Of a DNA stretch of 64,000 nt, positions 27,144-49,751 are shown piece by piece. A program made the translations under genes and the position numbers. Source of the DNA: the human T2T-CHM13v2.0 reference genome, Homo sapiens. Position 1 is the first letter of the stretch. Each line of letters begins with the position of its first letter. The notes beneath the pieces are model-generated. The model was not told the DNA's origin. It saw nothing but the letters and a program-made list of their open reading frames with translations, and did not search any database. The stretch lies in assembly GCF_009914755.1 (NCBI RefSeq), contig NC_060938.1. One strand, given 5' to 3'.

Positions 27144-27199
27144 ATGCCGTCGAAGGGAAAGGACAAAAAGAAAGGCAAGAGCAAAGGCAAAGACACGAA
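27144..27199 (+). CDS. BBOF1: BBOF1 (basal body orientation factor 1, CCDC176) coding exon 1
   Basis: ATG at 27144 (gccaagATGc) encodes MPSKGKDKKKGKSKGKDT(K); donor AA|gtaagg at 27200; lies in the CpG island; protein recognised as the BBOF1 N-terminus. Confidence 0.95.
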
Positions 27200-28124
27200 G
27201 TAAGGAGAAGCCACCCGAGAGTCCCCTCTCCCTGGGCCTGCCTGGGATTTCGGGTCTGGGGCTGGCAACCTGGCGCCCCCCGCGCCGGCCCACTCGGACC
27301 CTCTCCCCGGCTCTCCCGGCTTGTGAGGATTACAGCTCCCATGTCCATAGTCTGGCAGATCTCTACTATGTGTTCAGATTATCTTAAACGTGTAGAGGAT
27401 GTATAAAGTAGTTCCTTGGGCCTTTTCAGAGATCTCTTTTGGTTCAAAGGGGACACCTAAAGTATTTTACCAAGTTGGATAATTATTGAGGTTTTCCCAA
27501 ACTGATCAGAGCCACTGAGGTGGGTAATGTTCTAGCACTAACCCCTTACAGGCCTGGAGTTGCTGCTAGATTGCTACTAGCCCTATTGGGGGACCCCGGT
27601 GGTTTCTGGACACGTTGGAGTCATACGTGGTGTCCAGCAACAACACCATATATGGGAACACAGAGTTGGCACCAAACTTGAGATGTTTGTAAAGTAACTT
27701 AAGAGAGTAATTCATGCTCAATACAGAAAGTTTGGGAAACATGGGAAGTACCAAAAGAAAAAACAAAAATCACCTGTAGTCTCATTATCCAAAAATAAAC
27801 ACTACTATATTTTGGAGTATTCTTTTTTAATAAAACGATAGCCCAATGTACATACTTATATGTGGCTTTTTTCTTCCCATTTGTTAATGTAAGTATTCTT
27901 TTATGGTATTTTTTTTTGTTTTTACATAACTGCACAGTTAGTCTAGCCCTTAAAGTGCCAAGGGCTTATCACATTCCTAGAACTCACTAACATATGTTTT
28001 CAGATTTTGACCATGCTTCTACAGTACACATTTGAACAATGAGGAACACTAAGGGTAAGAGACCTTATTCCTTGGATTTTCCATGACCCATTGTTTGAGA
28101 AACCTGGCTTTGTTTCTACAGTGA

Positions 28125-28494
<370 letters not shown>

Positions 28495-28632
28495 TGATAC
28501 CTGGATGGTCGTAGTGAGACAGTGTATCACTAGTGCCTAAATCATGCCAGAAAGGGACATCAACAGCTATAACAGGCTGAGGGGTTGGGAATGGAGCTGG
28601 CCTTAATTTGAAGAGAACAAAAGGTGAAAGTG

Positions 28633-29757
<1,125 letters not shown>

Positions 29758-30578
29758 CTAGGGCACTGGTTCACACCTGTAATCTCAGCACGTTGAGAGG
29801 CCAAGGTGGGAGGATACTTGAGCCCAGAAGTTGGAGACCAGCATAGGCAACATAGTGGGACCCCATCTCTATTAAAAAAAAAATAAATATGGGAGAATCA
29901 AATAAGTAAATGAAAAGGTATAAAAACTGCCCAAGCGCAGTGGCTCACACCTGTAATCTCAGCACTTTCGGAGGCTGAGGTAGGAGGATCACTTGAGCCC
30001 AGGAGTTCAAGACCAGCCTGGGCAACATGGCAAAAACTCATTTCTACAAAAAGTACAAAAATTAGCTGGGCATAGTTGCATGAACCTGTAGTCCCAGCCA
30101 CTTGGGAGGCTGAGGTGGGTGGATGGCTTGAGCCCAAGAGGCAGAGGTTCTGGGGAGCCGAGATCGTGCTACTGCACTCCAGCCCGGTGACACAGCCAGG
30201 CCCAGTTTCAAAAAGAAAAAAAAAAGATATGAAAGCTTTCTGAAATGAGTTTGGCTTATCCTGTCTTTTCCCTTTGTTTTACCAGTCTTTTCGAGTTATG
30301 CTCCAGGACTCCCCTCCTCCAGGAAGAGGCACTTACTTAATTATCTTATGTGAATACAAGTGAATATGTATTTCTTTTTTTTTCTTTTTTCAAATGTGAA
30401 TATGTATTTCTTATTAACTTATTCTTCCAACAATATTTGATCATGTGTGCCAGGCAATGCCAAGCAAAACAAATAAAAAAAGAGAAAAATTTAATAGTAA
30501 TATAATAGAGTTATATACTATCTGCATATTAGAGTTGTATAAATAGTCATATACTGTCAATATCCTCTTCCCATGCAG

Positions 30579-30807
30579 GAAGTTAATAAAAACAGATGAA
30601 TCTGTGGTGGACAGAGCCAAGGCCAATGCCTCCCTTTGGGAGGCCAGGTTGGAAGTCACAGAACTCTCTAGGATTAAGTATCGTGATACTTCACAGATAC
30701 TGGCAAAAAGTAATGAGGACTTAAAGAAAAAGCAATGTAAAATGGAGAAAGACATAATGTCAGTATTAAGTTACCTGAAGAAGCAGGATCAGGAGAAAGA
30801 TAATATG
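30579..30807 (+). CDS. BBOF1: BBOF1 coding exon 2
   Basis: Acceptor cttcccatgcag|G, donor ATG|gtaggt; 229 nt, KLIKTDESVVDRAKAN...QEKDNM; phase 2 matches exon 1. Confidence 0.95.
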
Positions 30808-31272
30808 GTAGGTAGGTAGAAAGCCTCCTTGGCCTCATTAACTACCTCTATGGTGATGCTGATGTGGTTATGTATTTCAAAGATTTTTAATTCCTTGAAA
30901 TCTTAACATATACTTAAGACATTTCAATTGACCTTAACTCTGTTTGAAGCAAGACACTTTTTCAGAATGGTTTTACTGTTATCGGCTCTCTTTTATTTTC
31001 AATCCTTGTTGCATGTTTTCTTGTCTGAAGCAAACAGAGATTGATGATCATAAGGGAACTTTATGATCTACTTTATTTTAAGGATAAGAGCATGGTATGT
31101 GATCTATATATTTTTTGATGCTGATTTTTAGTTTTAAAAATTTGTAAAGCAGTTCACTGATAATCCATGATAACTTTCTGAACCCAGCAAGTTGAATCTT
31201 TATTTTTATTTTTGGCCAGTTGAATCTTGTATCTTATTGTACCTTATTAAAGTGTTGAGAGTAAAGCTATCA

Positions 31273-31586
<314 letters not shown>

Positions 31587-31589
31587 TCA

Positions 31590-31621
<32 letters not shown>

Positions 31622-32294
31622 AGGGAAGGGAACTAACATTTTGGAGCCACTACAATGTACTATACTGGGTGCTTTACCTCTCTTGATTCTTTTACTAACC
31701 TCCTATTTAATTATTTTTATGACCCCATGTAGCTATAATATTGTTATTTCCATATTACAGATGAAGAAATTGACTTTCAGAAAGGACAGGTAACTTGCCC
31801 AAAGTCACACCCCTAGTGGGTGTTAAAAGTGGAAATTCAGGCTGGGTGTGGTAGCTCATGCCTATAATCCCAACACTTTGGGAGGAAGAGGCTGGAGGAT
31901 AACTTAGCTTAGGAGTTCAGGACCAGCCTGGGGAACAAAGCAAGACCCAGTCTCTACACAAAGTAAAAAATAGCCAGGCGTGGCAGTGTGCACCTGTAGT
32001 CCCAGCTACTCGGGAGGCTAAGGCAGGAGGATCACTTAAGCCCAGGAAGTTGAAGCTGCAGTGAGCCATGGTCATGTCACGGCAGTCCAACCTGGACATC
32101 AGAGCAAAACTCTGTCTCATATTATTATTACTTTATTATTATTTTTGAGACAGGGTCTCTCTCTATTGCCTGGTCTAGAGTGCAGTGGTATGATCACGGC
32201 TCACCACAGGATCGACATCCGGGCTCAGATGATCCTCCTGCCTCAGTCTTCCAAGTAGCTGGGACTACAGGCACGCACCTCCATGCCTGGCTAA

Positions 32295-32438
<144 letters not shown>

Positions 32439-33642
32439 TAGTTTTTGTGGAGATGGGATTTCGCCATGTCGCCCAGGCTAGCCTCGAACTCCTGGGCTCA
32501 AGAAATCCTCCCAACTTAGCCTCCCAAAGTGCTGACATTACAGGCATGAGCAATAGCACCTGGTCCAGAAATTTCTATCTTTATTTTATTTTATTTTTTG
32601 TATTTTTAGTAGGGACGGGGTTTTGGCATGTTGTTGGCCAGGCTGATCTGGAACTCCTGGCCTTGAGTGATCCGCCCACCTCACCCTCCCAAAGTGTTGG
32701 GATTACATGCATGAGCCACAAAACCTGGCCAATTTTTATTTTTAAAATTACTCTTTTAATAGTAGGTATTATTAAATTGCCCTCTATAAAGTATTGTTCT
32801 AAAGTAAGTTTTTTTAGTCAACCATAGAAATAATTTCCAAATGTGTTACTTAGATGCTTTGTTTTGTGGCTTGTAATAGCTCATTGTTATTGGTCTACAT
32901 CAGTATCACTTGTACTTCCTGATTCTCATCTGCCTCCTTATATCAAAGGGCAGCATCTGGCAGTAACAGGTGGGTAATTTTTATAATCATGGATTGCCAT
33001 TAAACCAAAAGAAACAACCTTGGGAGGAAGAAACAAAGTAGACTAAATATATCCTCATTAACTAGCTTTCCCATAGTTTTGTTACTCATTTTGCTATATA
33101 CTAGAAAAATGTTATGTTGTTAAACTTTGTTTAAACTGTTTATAGTCATGTTAATTATAGAAATAATAGAAATGAAATGTGTTTTGAAAACTATTTTATT
33201 ATGAACAAAATTAGGAGATTCCCCTTAAGAGAATTTAATGCTGTACTGAATTAATCACAGAATAATCTCATTAAATGTCACACCAGTTTTATGTGATTTA
33301 GGATTGTCCCAGTTTATTTTTTAGAATATCTAGATTTTTTCCTAAGGTGGTCTAAAACATTGTACATAGTATCTCACTTGTGTCAACAACCATGTCAACA
33401 AGTCTTTAGTTTAAAAAGCTACTCAGATTCCCTTCTAAAACAAACCAGCATTCCTTGGAGAAATGGTTGATTTCAGGACTGGAACAGGGAATATAAAACA
33501 TGAGGCTGGGCTGTTCATGGTGGCCCATGCCTGTAATCCCAGCACTTTGGGAGGCTGAGTGGCGGGGTGGGGGGGGGTGCATCACATGAGGCCAGGAGTT
33601 TGAGACCATCCTGGCCAACAGAGTGAAACCCCATCTCTACTA

Positions 33643-33771
<129 letters not shown>

Positions 33772-34230
33772 TCAAGCCTGGGCAACAGAGTGAGACTCTG
33801 TCTCAAAAAAAAAAAAAAGAGAGAGACTGGGGGCGGTGGCTCATGCCTGTAATCCCAGCACTTTGGGAGTCCAAGGCGGGTGGATTACTGAGGTCAGCAG
33901 TTTGAGACCAGCCTGGCCAACATGACGAAACCCCATCTCTACTGAAAATACAAAAATTAGCCAGGTGTGGTGGTGGGCACCTGTAATTCCAGCTACTCAG
34001 GAGGCTGAGGCAGGAGAATCATTTGAACACAGGAGGCGGAGGTTGCAGTGAGCCAAGATCATGCCATTTTGCACTCCAGCCTGGGCAACAAGAGTGAAAC
34101 TCCATCTCAAAAAAAAAAAAAAAAAAAAAAAAGAGTCTGGAATATGTTATTGTGCCAGAAAATAAAAAATTTTAAAGGACATGGCCTTGTTTGAAGGGGC
34201 TCCCATTGGCCAAATCTGGGACAATCAAAA

Positions 34231-34291
34231 TATTAGGTTGGTGCATTAAAAGAATGGCAAAAACCACAATTGCTTTTGCACCAACCTAATA
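34231..34291. mobile_element. MADE1 (Hsmar1-derived MITE), internally deleted
   Basis: TA-flanked inverted termini tattaggttggtgca ... tgcaccaacctaata. Confidence 0.85.
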
Positions 34292-34482
34292 AATAATAGC
34301 AAAAATGGCTGGGTGCAGTGGCTCACACCTGTAATCCCAGAACTTTGGGAGGCCGAGGTGGGCAGATCACCTGAGGTCAGGAGTTCAAGACTAGACTGGC
34401 CAACATGGCAGAACCCTGTCTCTACTAAAAATACAAAAATTAGCCGGGTGTGGTAGTGTGCACCTGTAATCCCAGCTACTCA

Positions 34483-34668
<186 letters not shown>

Positions 34669-35735
34669 CTATTGAATGAAATAAAAATCCACGAGTGTGT
34701 ACTACTAATAAACACATACATGAATAAATAAGGGAGAAAGGAAGCCTTTTTTTTTTTTTTTTTTTTTTTTGAGACAGAGTCTCGCTCTGTCACCCAGGCT
34801 GGAGTGCAGTGGTGCGATCTTGGCTCACTGCAACCTCAAAGGATCACTGCAAAGGATTCTCCTGCCTCAGCATCCTGAGTAGCTGAGACTACAGTTGTGC
34901 CACCACCCCGCCTGGCTAATTTTTGTGTTTGTAGTAGAGACGGGGTTTCACTGTGCTGGCCAGGTTGGTCTCGAACTCCTGACCTCAGGTGATCTACCCG
35001 CCTCAGCTTCCCAAAGTGTTGGGATTACAGCCATGAGCCACCTCGCCCAGCTTTTTTTTTTTTTTTTTTTTTTTTTTGCAGAAGAATGCCAATTAATAAA
35101 TTTCCAAGGAGTGATGGAGTTAGAAAAATCACCATTTGGCATCACAGTAATAACTGAATCAGTCAAGAATCATCAATGGATGCTAAAACCTACTGGGTGA
35201 AAGTTTGATGAGGAGGATAATTGCATAGTCTCAAAAGATTGTACCACAAATTACTTAATAATCACAGAAGAAAAAATAATAACTTTTAGGTGGAGAAAGT
35301 GGGCAGACACAACCTTAACCAACTGGTTAAAATTAGCATCAATCACCTAATGATGTGATGTACTGAAAAGGATACATCATCACTTAGGTACTATATATAA
35401 CCTACCAAAAACATACAACCTGAATCTACTCATGAAGAAGCATCAGCTAAGCCCAACCCTGGCCAGTATTCTTTTTAAAAAGTCAATTTAAAAACAAAGA
35501 CCAAGAAACTGTTCCAGATTAAAGGGGACTAAGACACATGACAGATAAATGCAACGCATGATCAAGGGTTGTATTGTAGACAAGAAAAATAAAAAATTGC
35601 AATAAAGGACATTATTGGGATAATTGTAGCAGAATTTAAATATAGAGTATATATTACATAGTAGTATATTAATGTTAGACTTCCTGATCTTTATAATTTT
35701 ATAGTGCTTGTAAAAGGGAATGCCCTTTTTCTTCA

Positions 35736-36283
<548 letters not shown>

Positions 36284-36331
36284 TCACACCTATAATCCCA
36301 GCACTTAGGCCAAGGCAGGGGGATCACTTGA

Positions 36332-36506
<175 letters not shown>

Positions 36507-36851
36507 TAGCTGGGATTACAGGCATGTGCCACCACGCCTGGCTAATTTCATAGTTTTAGTAGAGAAGGGGTTTCTCCATGTTGGTCAGGCTGGTATTAAT
36601 GTTGCTTTTATTTTTAACCACACACACACACACACAAAAGTTGACCAGGTACTTCTGATGATAGCCAGGTTTTAGAAACTGGCAATAGCAGGTTGAAGGT
36701 ATGGGAAATTTCCTGTCCCCTCTTCTCTTTCCACCTCACTCACCTCTTTTGCCATATTGGTTTTAGTATTGTGTGAAACTAGTCTACTTAATAAAGGTAG
36801 ACATAGAGCAGTTTCTTTATCTTCATGACCCTGTATTTTGATTTTCAACAG

Positions 36852-36917
36852 ATTGAAAAACTGAAACAGCAATTAAATGAAACAAAGGAAAAAGCCCAAG
36901 AGGAGAAGGATAAATTG
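36852..36917 (+). CDS. BBOF1: BBOF1 coding exon 3
   Basis: Acceptor ttttcaacag|, donor TTG|gtgagt; 66 nt, IEKLKQQLNETKEKAQEEKDKL. Confidence 0.95.
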
Positions 36918-37087
36918 GTGAGTTATCTATGTGTACTAATACTCCACTTACTGGATGGTCAGGTTTCTGGCAAGCTCAGGTATTTAAGACCCAATGACAG
37001 TGAGTGAGTAAGTTCTCTGGGCAGGCTAATGACCTTAAAGCTTGATTGTATAGAAATTCAAAAAACCAGGCTGGGCATGATGGCTCA

Positions 37088-37348
<261 letters not shown>

Positions 37349-37429
37349 TCAAAAAAAAAAAAAAAGTTTAAAAACAACATATTATAAAAATAAGTTATTG
37401 TAAAAAACCATATAATATTAAGATTGCTT

Positions 37430-40559
<3,130 letters not shown>

Positions 40560-40560
<1 letters not shown>

Positions 40561-40722
40561 CCTTTCCTTCTTCCCCCCTTCCTTTTCTCTGTCCTCTTGC
40601 TTTCACTTCCCTCTCCTCCTCCTCTTTCTCCTTCTCTTCCTCTCAGTCTTTTATGTCTCCTTCCCTTTTTCTCCCTCCTCTTCCTTCCTCATCCTCCTTC
40701 TTTCTCCTACCTTCCTCTTTAT
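40560..40722. repeat. CT-rich low-complexity polypyrimidine tract
   Basis: About 160 nt almost exclusively C/T on the + strand. Confidence 0.9.
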
Positions 40723-40918
40723 TAGGGATATTTACCACACTCCCTTTGACTCCTAGCCAATTAATTTTAACTAGTTTCGGGTATTAGGGTTATGTCAGAG
40801 ATAAAAGGTGTGTTAGGTCTTCTCATATCCCTTTTTAGTAAACATCTGCATTTTTTCCTTTCTATATAGAAACTTTTCCAAAATTTTTTTCTTATTCAAT
40901 GCAGATGGTATCTTTTTA

Positions 40919-41086
<168 letters not shown>

Positions 41087-41694
41087 TTAGCTGGGCGTGG
41101 TGGCAGGCATCTGTAATCCCAGCTACGCGGGAGGCTGAGGCAGGGAGAATTGCTTGAACCTGGGAGGCAGAGGTTGCAGTGAGCTGAGATCACGCCACTA
41201 CACTCCAGCCTGAGCAACAGAGTGAGACTCCATCTCAAAAAAATAATAATAATAAAATAAAGGCCAGGTGCGGTGGCTTATGCCTGTAATCCCAGCACTT
41301 TGGGAGGCCGAGGTGAGTGGATCACGAGGTCAGGAGATCGAGACCATCCTGGCTAACATGGTGAAACACCGTCTCTACTAAAAATATAAAAAAATCAGCC
41401 AGGCATGGTGGCGGGCACCTGTAGTCCCAGGCTGAGGCAAGAGAATGGCGTGAACCCGGGAGGTGGAGCTTGCCGTGAGCCAAGATCGCGCCATCGCACT
41501 CCAGCCTGGGCGACAGAGCAAGACTCCATCTCAAAATAAATAAATAAAATAAATAAATAAATAAATAAAAATAGAAAAAAGGGGGGATATTTCTTCAAAG
41601 AAGATATGCAAATGGCGTAAGGCTTCAAATGAAACATGACTTTGTGGGACTTCTGTTCTTTTTCCTAACTCGTTTACCTCTTTTTTGAATACAG

Positions 41695-41838
41695 GAACAA
41701 AAGTATACCAGGCAAATTAATGAACTAGAGGGACAGTTCCATCAAAAAGCCAAAGAAATTGGCATGATTCACACAGAGCTGAAAGCAGTAAGACAATTCC
41801 AGAAGAGAAAAATCCAAGTGGAGAGAGAGTTAGATGAT
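41695..41838 (+). CDS. BBOF1: BBOF1 coding exon 4
   Basis: Acceptor aatacag|, donor GAT|gtaagt; 144 nt, EQKYTRQINELEGQF...VERELDD. Confidence 0.95.
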
Positions 41839-42607
41839 GTAAGTTTCATTCCTTTTTTACAAAAAGGAAATTAGAATTAACTATTTAATGCCTACAGAAG
41901 CCTTCACAAACATTTACTCCTGTGAGACGGCAAAGAACTCTCTTTGACATTTTAGAAATTATTTGAGAGAAAAAGGAGAAGACAGACTGGATGCCAAAGG
42001 TCTTGACTTTAGACTTCTCTTTTTCTAAGCATTGATTTCCTTGGGAACTCACCAAATCTCAGACAACACATCCTCCTATGTTTATCAGCAGGTAACCCTT
42101 TGGATTGACTTCAGTAAGAAACAAACTACAAGTTCTTAGAAAACCTCAGGGAAAAAGTAGCAGACTTCTAAAGAAAAATGTTTAGGCTGATGAATGATAG
42201 TTTTAGAGAAATTTAGAAGGCTCTATGGTAGGGGTCAGTAGGGTGAGAAACACTGAGTACTTTCAGAAAATTTATGTTACCTTTCTGTGCTCTTTCTCTT
42301 ACTTTCCTCGGCTTAGAATATAGTTTTATTACATTACTGATAATTCAATAAGTGGCACAGGGGAGTGCCAGGAACAAGTAGCTGAAATCAGCTTTGTGAC
42401 TATAGGCAAGTTAGTTAACTCTTCCATACCTTGGTTTCCTTATCTGTAAAATGGGATAGTAAGAGTTAGTATCTCAGCCAGGCATGGTGGCTTATGCCTG
42501 TAATCCCAGCATTTTGGAGGCCAAGGCAGGATAATCTCTTGAGGCCAGGAGTTCAAGACTAGCCTAGGCAACATAGTGAAATCCCAACTCTACAAAAAAA
42601 TGTTTTA

Positions 42608-42754
<147 letters not shown>

Positions 42755-42949
42755 TCAAAAAAAAAGTAAAATAAAATAAGAGTTACTATTTCATAGAATT
42801 GTTATAGGATTAAATGAGTTAATATTTGTAAAGTGCATAAAATAGCACGTCACATGGTAAAAATTATATAAACAGTGGTGTGCAGCTCTCTGTAAAAAAA
42901 AAATGGTCCTTATTTGTAGCATTTGCTGATTCTGGGGGAAATACTTTAG

Positions 42950-43926
<977 letters not shown>

Positions 43927-44129
43927 TAGCCAGGCTGGTCAAGAACTCCTGGCCTCAGGTGCTCTGCCCACCTCGGCCTCCCAAAGTGCTGGGATTGTGG
44001 GCATGAGCCACTGCACCTGGCCTAAAATATCACAGTTCTGATCACGTCCTTCAAGAGTTGTCTTTCGGTGAGGCACAGTGGCTCACACCTGTAATCCTAG
44101 CACTTTGGGAGTCCAAGGCAGGTGGATCA

Positions 44130-44442
<313 letters not shown>

Positions 44443-44505
44443 CTATCTGGGAACATTATTATCTCCTTTTACTACATCACCCATCCACCTCCATACTTCC
44501 TTTAA

Positions 44506-44876
<371 letters not shown>

Positions 44877-44937
44877 TGATCTGCCCACCTCGGCCTCCCA
44901 AAGTGCTGGGATTACAGGTGTGAACCACCACGCCTGG

Positions 44938-44968
<31 letters not shown>

Positions 44969-45459
44969 CTTTTCTTGAGACAGAGTCTCGCTTTTTTACC
45001 CAGGCTGGAGTGCAGTGGTGTAGTCATGGCTCACTGCAGCCTCTACTTCCCTGGGCTCAAGTGATCCTCTTATTTCAGGCTCCTGAGTAGCTAGGACTAC
45101 AGGCACGCACCATCACACCTGGCTAATTTTTTTTTTTTTTTTGAGATGGGGTTTCACTGTTGCCCAGGCTGGTCTCGAACTCCTGGGCTCAAGCAGTCTG
45201 CCTGCCTGGGCCTCACAAAGTGCTAGGCTTACAGGCATGAGCCACCATGCCCAGCCACCTGTCTTTCAAAGGCTCAGCTCAAATTCGTGTTCTCCATGAG
45301 GTCTTCTCCTGGAGTCCTGTTTAAAAGTAATAATTTTCGGCCAGGCATGGTGGCTCACGCCTGTAATACCAGCACTTTGGGAGGCCGAGGCAGGCGGATG
45401 ACCTGAGGTCGGGAGTTCAAGACCAGCCTGACCAACATGGAGAAGCCCTGTCTCTACTA

Positions 45460-45753
<294 letters not shown>

Positions 45754-46099
45754 TTATATTTATTTATCATTTATCTTATCTCCCCTAATAGATTGCACTC
45801 ACTTGAGGTGTGAACAGTGTTGTCCTTTGTATTCATTGAAATACAAGATACATAGTAATGTTGAATTAATCTTTGCTAAATGCTGAGCGGGTCTTTTGTA
45901 AAAAACATAAGGAATGTCAACTTTTCTGGAAGGAATACAAGTTATGTTTTATATGAAAATGCTGTAGATTGAATCAACATAATTAACTTTTCATGAACTC
46001 TTAAAATAGCCTATGTACAGGTATACATTCTGAATTCAAATGAATTAAGAACTAGTGCATATTCAAGTAGCCCATGTTGTAATTTTTTTAAAGAACAGT

Positions 46100-46115
46100 G
46101 TTGCCACCTAGTGGA
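46100..46115. promoter_or_regulatory. Candidate CTCF site
   Basis: gttgccacctagtgga matches the CTCF core (reverse complement CCACTAGGTGGCA). Confidence 0.6.
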
Positions 46116-47122
46116 GAAATAGATTTCAGACCTTTCAAAGTGGGCCTTTGAGGAAGACTTAAAATTCAAAAGATATTGGCTTATGGGAACGAATAAGGTG
46201 GTTCTGTGGAATCCCAAATGTGGCAGAATTGTGGCAGGTGTGAGGGTCCATGAATTTTAAATTAGGAGGTATACATTAGGAAAGAAAATTAATTATACTG
46301 TGTATGTAGAATTCATTATACAAATTACAAAGAAAACTAAATTGAGATTCTCAAAAGGTATTCAAAGTGTATGTTTTAAAGAAAAAAATTATTTCTGGCT
46401 GGGCACAGTGGCTCATGCCTGTGATAACAGCACTTTGAGAGGCTAAGGTGGGTAGAATACTTGAGCCCAGGAGTTCAAGACCAGCCTAGGCAACGTGGCA
46501 GAACACCATCTCTACAAAAAAATCACTTCACTCCAGCCTGGGAAACAGAGCCAGATCCTGTCTCCAAAAAAAGAAAAAAAGAAGAAAGAAATGAAAAAGA
46601 AAAAAATGTTTTCCATATACCCGATTAACCAAAGAAGCATATATTGCATATATTGTTAGATTGCAGTTATTATTTTTTAAATAGTTTTAGTCTTCTTTTG
46701 ACAAAATGATAATACTCATTACAGCAAATTTAGCTTGGCTGATAAAATTAGAAAATAAAAATGATCCATCCCTTACAATTACACTATGTAACGATTGTAT
46801 AGTTTCTTTTTTCCTTTGCTGTAGAAACTTCTAAAAATAGCTATATGTTATTTTTACAAAAGTGAAGTCATGATATAAATTGTTAACCTGATTTTTCACT
46901 TTATATATTGTGAACATTTTTCAATGCCATTAAATATTTTCTATAACATTTTTTCAATAGATGCACGGAATTCCATTGGGTAGATATATCTTAATTTATT
47001 AATTGGTTGCTTGCTGTTGGACATTTGGACTTTTTCCTAATTTTTCACTATTATAAACTGTGGGGAACATCTAAGGAATGAAATCTTTTTCTATATCTTT
47101 AGTTTTGTTTTTGTTTTTTTGA

Positions 47123-47290
<168 letters not shown>

Positions 47291-48240
47291 TAGTAGAGAC
47301 GGGGGTTTCACCATGTTGGTCAGGCTGGTCTGGAACTCCTGGATCTCAGGTCATCCACCCGCCTCGGCCTCCCAAAGTACTGGGATTACAGGCATGAGCC
47401 ACTGTACCCAACCTCTATCTTTAGTTTTTAGGATAACTTCTTAGTAGAATTTATGGGTTAATGAACATGAACTTTTAAAGGTTTGTGGTGTGTGCTGCCT
47501 ACTTACCTTTTGAAAGCTTTATTAATTTATAGATTTTTGAGGGAGTCTAATGGTAGATGAAAAATCCATCTCCACATACAATGGGATAGTAGGATAGTAC
47601 ATATTTCTATAAACTTGTATGTTGATACTAATTTTTAAAGTCTTGTTAATGTTGTCTCTCTCTCTTCCAAAACATATATATATATATTTTTTGAGACTAG
47701 TCTCGCTCTGTTGCCCAGGCTGGAGCAATGTGGGCTCACTGCAGTCTCTGCCTCTTGGGCCCAAGTGATCCTCCCACCTCAGCCTTAGTTCTGGAGTAGC
47801 TGGAACTACAGGTGTGCACCACCACACTCAGCTAATTTTTGTATTTTTTGTAGAGACAGGGTTTGGCCATGTTGCCCAGGCTGGTCTCAAACTTCTTCAA
47901 GCTATCTACCCACCTTAGCCTCCCAAAGTGCTGGGATTACAGGTGTGAGCCACCGTGCTCAGCCTCTTAATATTTTTGAAAAATCATTGACTGCAGTTAT
48001 CTGAAACTGCAAAAAGTGAAACTGCACATAAGGAGGACTACTGTACTAATGTTATCAATCTGTAGAAGATTGAGGGAAATTTGGTACTCGGAGGCAGGAA
48101 CACAGATTTTTTCTGTGTGTTCAGGATTAAGAGGTAACATATAACAGAAAGCATTTCCTTATTGATAATTTTCTGAGAATGTGCTCAATGACCCCCATTT
48201 TCTATTGATCATTTTTGTTTGTTTGTTATTTTAATTTTAG

Positions 48241-48321
48241 CTGAAAGAGAATTTAAGAAACACAGAGCGGATACATCAGGAGACTCTTAGAAGACTGGAA
48301 AGCAGATTTTTTGAAGAAAAG
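48241..48321 (+). CDS. BBOF1: BBOF1 coding exon 5
   Basis: Acceptor aattttag|, donor AAG|gtacag; 81 nt, LKENLRNTERIHQETLRRLESRFFEEK. Confidence 0.93.
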
Positions 48322-48711
48322 GTACAGATTATTAGGGTTAATTTAAAATGTTTTGTTTACTAGAACATAAGTGTATTTATATGCATTCTGAAACATCAGC
48401 CTTCCATTTGGTATCTTAATAGAAGATTAGAAGATTGTTACCAAATTATAGCACAATACAATGAGGGAAAATAAAACCTTCTAGAAATCTCAATATCTAG
48501 TCCTTGTTTTCTCTCTCATTCAGAGATTCTTGTCCTCTTCTGAAGGCTTTGGGACATGTCTCCCTCAGCTTGATACTCCCCTGGTGAGACTAAAGCTATG
48601 TGTACTCCCATTATATAGGGAAGATGGGAGTGGAGAAATCACTCTCGTATGTGTGCAAAGATGTTTCCTTAGTCAAGCCGAGCTAAAGATGTTAATAAAA
48701 AATGTTGCTTA

Positions 48712-49023
<312 letters not shown>

Positions 49024-49493
49024 TTAATTTCTGTGTTTCTGAAGTTAACTCTCCAAATTGTGGGAAGTACACTGGAACACTTCTACAGAATCCTTTCAGA
49101 GGCCTCATGGTTGTTCTTTATTTTAATCCTTTCTTTAACTTTTTATTCTTAGGGAATAATTAAATAGATTCTTTCAGAAATTGGTAGGAATGTAGGCACT
49201 TGAGGGTGGGGCAAATGAGGTTTTGTTTGATTGCTTGTTTATTTGAGACAGGGTCTTGTCTGTCGCCCAGGCTGGAGTGCAGTGGTTCAGTCACAGCTCA
49301 CTGCAGCCTTGACCTCCACCTCCTGGATTCAAGCAATCCTCCTACCTCAGCCTCCTAAGTAGTTGGGGCTACAGGCATATATCATCACACCTAGCTAATT
49401 TTTATTTTTTGTAGAAATGGGGTCTTGCTGGGCCTGGTGTGGTGGTTCACTCCTGTAATCCCAGCACTTTGGTAGGCCAAGGTGGGCGGATCA

Positions 49494-49751
<258 letters not shown>

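Larger units (their letters stand above)
26290..27330. promoter_or_regulatory. CpG island / bidirectional promoter of ENTPD5 (-) and BBOF1 (+)
   Basis: Very GC- and CpG-rich non-Alu block containing divergent first exons; CRE-like TACGTCA 26996-27002, NRF1-like GCGCGTGCGC 27006-27015, X-box-like 27068-27081. Confidence 0.92.

Noticed and set aside
26169-27406. Long overlapping ORFs (up to 223 aa) across the promoter
   Set aside because: Stop-codon scarcity in a GC-rich CpG island; Arg/Ala/Pro/Gly-rich with no recognisable domain.
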